A stretch of DNA of 64,000 nt from Eubacterium sp. (GTDB lineage: Bacteria; Bacillota; Clostridia; Christensenellales; CAG-314), in assembly GCA_963653425.1 (NCBI GenBank), contig CAVJWC010000001.1, positions 55,596-119,595 of the forward strand, given 5' to 3'. The notes beneath the pieces were generated by a model. That model had not been told where the DNA came from. It did not search any database and was given only the letters and a program-made list of their open reading frames with translations. Made by a program: the position numbers and the translations under genes. Position 1 is the first letter of the stretch. Every line of letters starts with the position of its first letter. Below, one piece after another: positions 61,701 to 64,000 of this stretch.

Positions 61701-64000
61701 CCGTTCTTAACGTCGCCGTAGCAGGGGAACATGAATCTGTAGAGATTGCTGTAACTGTCTTCCGTTCCGTAGGTAAGAAGACCCGTTGCCTGCAGATAGT
61801 GGTTGTCGTAAACGGTAAGATCAAGGTAAGTTCTGCCGTCTTCCGTTCTCCAGGCAGCCTTTTCAAGCGTGGGAGCTTCGAGGTCTACGAATACGGGCAT
61901 ATCCACAACCTGTCCTACGGGTTTGTCGTTGAAGTCGTAGGTGAAACTGAAGAGAATTTCTTCGTTATTTGCGAACATCATTGTTTCGGGATAGAATTCG
62001 CTGATGTTAAGCGCGTATCCGCCTTCGGTACCTACGCAGGCTTTTCTTACGTTATAGAAAACGTCCTGACCGAGACTTTCGTTGGTGTCGGTTTTGGAGT
62101 AACTGAGATAAATAGCCGAAGCGTTACGTTTGATACTGAGGTTAAGAGCGTTAAGCATTACCGTTCCGTCGAATTCGCCGTTTTCGTCAACGCCTCTGCC
62201 GATAGCGGCTTTGTCAGCTTTAGCCGTGGGAGCCTGGTATCCGTCGGGAAGGTCGTAAGAATATACGCCCGCGTTAATGGTCTGACTCGTCGTTTCGCCG
62301 TAAACCGAGGTTTCATAAACTATAAACGAAAGACCGAAGTAGTTGTCCCAGGTAGGAACGGCGCCGTCGGAAGCCGTGGGTTCGTATGCGGGAAGAGTCA
62401 TCCAGTCGCCGTAGAAAGCTATGTAAGGAATATGAAGATCTATTCCGTCTTCGTCGGTGCTTTCGAGAACCGCAAAGCCTTCAACGTAAATACCGTTGGG
62501 GAAGGTTTCGTCCATATAAGCTTTATGTTCTTCGGTAAGAGTGACAACTGCCTTTATTTTAAGCTTTTCGCCTGCTTCTACGGTGATTTCGTCGCCTTCG
62601 AGAAGTTCGCCGTTTACGTAATACTTAATTTCCGCGCCGTCGAGCATATATGCCTTTTCGGCGATCATAAGCTTATCTTCGCCCTTTGCGGTGTAGTAAA
62701 TGGATTTACCCGTAACTGCGGATTCTGTGAAGGTAAGTACGTTGAGTTTATATCCGAGAGCGTTTTCGCCGTCGTTTACAACGTTGAAGTTAAGAGTATA
62801 AATACCGTCTTTTTCGGTGTCGCTACCGAGGTTGAGTTTGGTTCTGTCCGAACCCGTTACGGTAATATAAGCGTCGGTTTCGAAAGCTCTCGTAATGTCC
62901 GCAAGACCCGAACCCTGTCTTCTGGGGGTAATGGGGTTGCCTTCGGCGTTTTCAAGAAGAATAGCCGTACTCATAAGACGTTGTATTGCGAGATTGGAAA
63001 TTTCCGAAGGAGTCTTATTCGGATAGGTCTGTTTAAGGTAGCCTTTAAGAACAGCCATAACGCCCGAAACGTTGGGGGTAGCCATGGAGGTACCGTCCAT
63101 ATATTCGTAGCCGTTGGTGCCGTATATCCAGTCGTAATACATAGGAACGGCAGAGTAAACGCCACCGCCGATACCGAGAATGTCTACGCCGATGGAAAGG
63201 TCGTTAAGAGCGCCCATCGAAGAGAAGTAAGAATATTCGATATAATAGTTGGAAGAGGTGATCGTAATGCGTTTGTCCTGCGCGTCAGCGAGCATAGTTC
63301 CGTCTTCGAGAGTGATGGTCATGGTGGGGATAGCGTCTTCGCCTACGACAGCGCCGAATTTTCCGATTTCTTCGCTTACGTTATCATAAAGAATACAAGC
63401 TATCGCGCCTTTGTCCGTGGCGTTCTGAACCTTTTCCGTAAAGGTGATTTCGCCTCTCTGAACGAGAGCGATCTTGCCCGTAACGTCAAGTCCTTCGTAG
63501 TCTTCGGGTGCGCCCGCGCCGGGTACTGCAACGTATTCGAAGGTTGCTTCGTCTTTTCCGTCAAGAATAGCGAGGAAATCGCTTTCTTTACTCGTTGCGG
63601 AATCTATAACGCCGTTTCTGCCGATCATTCTCGTGCCTTCGAAGTCGATGTAAACTCTCATAAGGTTGTTTGCGGAACCTACGGCAAAAGTGCCGTCGTA
63701 AGAAGCGGGGGAGCTTACCGTGCCGTTATCGGGATCGTCAACCGTGGAGAACGGATCGAGAGTGTCGGAGAACCACCAAGCCGTACCTACGTTACCCGTT
63801 GCGCAACACATAGTAAGACCTGCTTTTCTTGCAAGGTCAACGATGTCGTTTACGAACTGCTTCTGTTCGGATTTTTCGTAAGCGAAACCGCAGTTACTGC
63901 CGAGAGAAAGGTTAGCTACGTCAACGCCGAGAAGCACGCAGTCTTCTACCGCAGCGTAGATGTCGGTGTCGTTTGCGCCCTGCTGTCCTGCGCCGAAAAC
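58691..64000 (-). CDS. giant subtilase (S8) - PA domain - BspA-type leucine-rich-repeat protein (partial; N-terminus beyond the window)
   Basis: The frame is open to the window edge. It has the catalytic Ser motif DGTSMATPNVSG (Ser codon 63086-63088), the oxyanion region NLSLGS, and a PA insert (GKIALVQRGEITFTEKVQNATDKGAIACILYDN). From about 61350 downward there are about 900 aa of LRR_5-like repeats (...IGxxAFxxCxxLxxIxLPxxL...). Confidence 0.9.
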   Translation of the reverse strand, partial: VFGAGQQGANDTDIYAAVEDCVLLGVDVANLSLGSNCGFAYEKSEQKQFVNDIVDLARKAGLTMCCATGNVGTAWWFSDTLDPFSTVDDPDNGTVSSPASYDGTFAVGSANNLMRVYIDFEGTRMIGRNGVIDSATSKESDFLAILDGKDEATFEYVAVPGAGAPEDYEGLDVTGKIALVQRGEITFTEKVQNATDKGAIACILYDNVSEEIGKFGAVVGEDAIPTMTITLEDGTMLADAQDKRITITSSNYYIEYSYFSSMGALNDLSIGVDILGIGGGVYSAVPMYYDWIYGTNGYEYMDGTSMATPNVSGVMAVLKGYLKQTYPNKTPSEISNLAIQRLMSTAILLENAEGNPITPRRQGSGLADITRAFETDAYITVTGSDRTKLNLGSDTEKDGIYTLNFNVVNDGENALGYKLNVLTFTESAVTGKSIYYTAKGEDKLMIAEKAYMLDGAEIKYYVNGELLEGDEITVEAGEKLKIKAVVTLTEEHKAYMDETFPNGIYVEGFAVLESTDEDGIDLHIPYIAFYGDWMTLPAYEPTASDGAVPTWDNYFGLSFIVYETSVYGETTSQTINAGVYSYDLPDGYQAPTAKADKAAIGRGVDENGEFDGTVMLNALNLSIKRNASAIYLSYSKTDTNESLGQDVFYNVRKACVGTEGGYALNISEFYPETMMFANNEEILFSFTYDFNDKPVGQVVDMPVFVDLEAPTLEKAAWRTEDGRTYLDLTVYDNHYLQATGLLTYGTEDSYSNLYRFMFPCYGDVKNGSYSYSIDVTDYMANVVNNTFAVQLVDYARNVSVYEIELPDSGENNANAVITGNDNRTLAVKYRTDNFVIYYDVNDPSYTEVRTYNSFDSSVAMNGAVVNSENEEEQAEEFVIEDGVLKAYNGEGGEVIVPDGVTSIGAFVFNGDSRITKIVLPEGVKIINGYSIMNLYNLTELILPTTLERLEGISVCTLPKLTSLDLENTSINNAAFSFNGLGVKTLTFPKASTALSLGFSVAVCPNLEKVTFLGDVEFMQSSVMFNDSLKEVEFMGNVNILESHISASMGVAYSLTFCDKLERIVFHGNVTRIGGISDNGPYYPKQYSQATSSLMSLKEVIFEKDVGMIDGFAFADCPKLSNVSFGGTIGYIGNLAFGGSNLLAGGFNVLEGNDKLVKDENGLVYNAEKTTLYKPFAWDYDGVLELPETITELNERAFSIPEYVPEYVKPDYGIRPESEYGGGYYWNLRSTFVSADYDKTLLQGVKLGSQLKTLPAYCFYRNTNLKEINIENIEVFETQSLAGTAITSFVTSENTKRIASGVWTDCHNLTEIVIGENVEVETYESFYSGTGFVEIEVPAYITADVPYLFVNCEKLEKVTFLNTDSQTIGMGAFSNTPALREITGIDNVMVICDYAFKNSGLTELELENVQILTGSSFCYADKIESVYFPALETIESVMSFEGESYNAFAYCTSLKSFYIGEKLGYFDALGTFTGCDALEEIVVHENNAYFASVEGVLFNKEETAILLYPTASTVAELVLPESITAITAGTFMGAPNLEKVVLPAVQSIGEKAFAYSALKEIVLSDDLVEIDDNAFYATKLTEVTVNNAEYLGNKAFGAIETLEKVTLGAVAEFNFSRVFFGSTNIASVELNGCEVLTEFEDGLYNADKTVLYRYFGTEANVTLPEGIVKIDAEAFAGNTTVKNVVLPESLGYIGDGAFFGCTALTEITFKSEKAPVLQSYYRDGARYLYNQFVNNIEEANGNEGVKIYVSSDVSYTNYIWRTYFKNIIVK

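Overview
This 64-kb window reads as core chromosome of an endospore-forming Firmicute with Clostridia-type gene content. All calls come from reading motifs, hairpins and repeats by eye; no database search or folding program was run.

Genes recognised, left to right:
- a PAP2 phosphatase, rpmB, and the asp23/DAK2 (yloU-yloV-like) block
- DUF1934, an MBL hydrolase, and rho carrying a large N-terminal insertion
- a 519-aa heptad-repeat protein, a RumA-like protein, a PfkB kinase
- lexA, xer-hflX, spo0A, glmM-glmS
- two divergent MATE exporters, a phosphohexomutase, aspartokinase
- the decarboxylase-tmk-holB-yaaT block
- a small ferredoxin that is absent from the ORF track
- a tight module of two membrane proteins and two flavoproteins
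- tdh-kbl, an MFS transporter, pepT, an esterase, spoIVB
- a TetR-DUF1893-isochorismatase operon, degV
- an XRE/lipoprotein/lipoprotein-phosphatase cluster, and one solitary tRNA-Leu
- spoIIAA-spoIIAB-sigF followed by spoVAC-spoVAD-spoVAE
- the 3' 5.3 kb of a giant subtilase-PA-LRR protein that runs off the right edge

I saw no transposase, phage, CRISPR-cas, toxin-antitoxin or recognisable defence genes. I cannot point to a clear new multi-gene system.

The features most worth a second look are:
1. The non-coding DNA. Many intergenic regions carry degenerate tandem repeats with a 26-31 bp period. Three of them duplicate the last codons plus the stop codon of a gene (rho, spoIVB, the subtilase). 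There is also a dispersed hairpin family built on a CCGTTCG / TTACGGAA core.
2. A stand-alone tRNA-Leu whose hand-folded anticodon is AAG (A34).
3. Atypical versions of conserved proteins: the Rho insertion, the Spo0A acidic pocket and Lys-rich tail, a degenerate RumA-like protein, and a SpoVAC N-terminal extension.
4. Several uncharacterised gene clusters.
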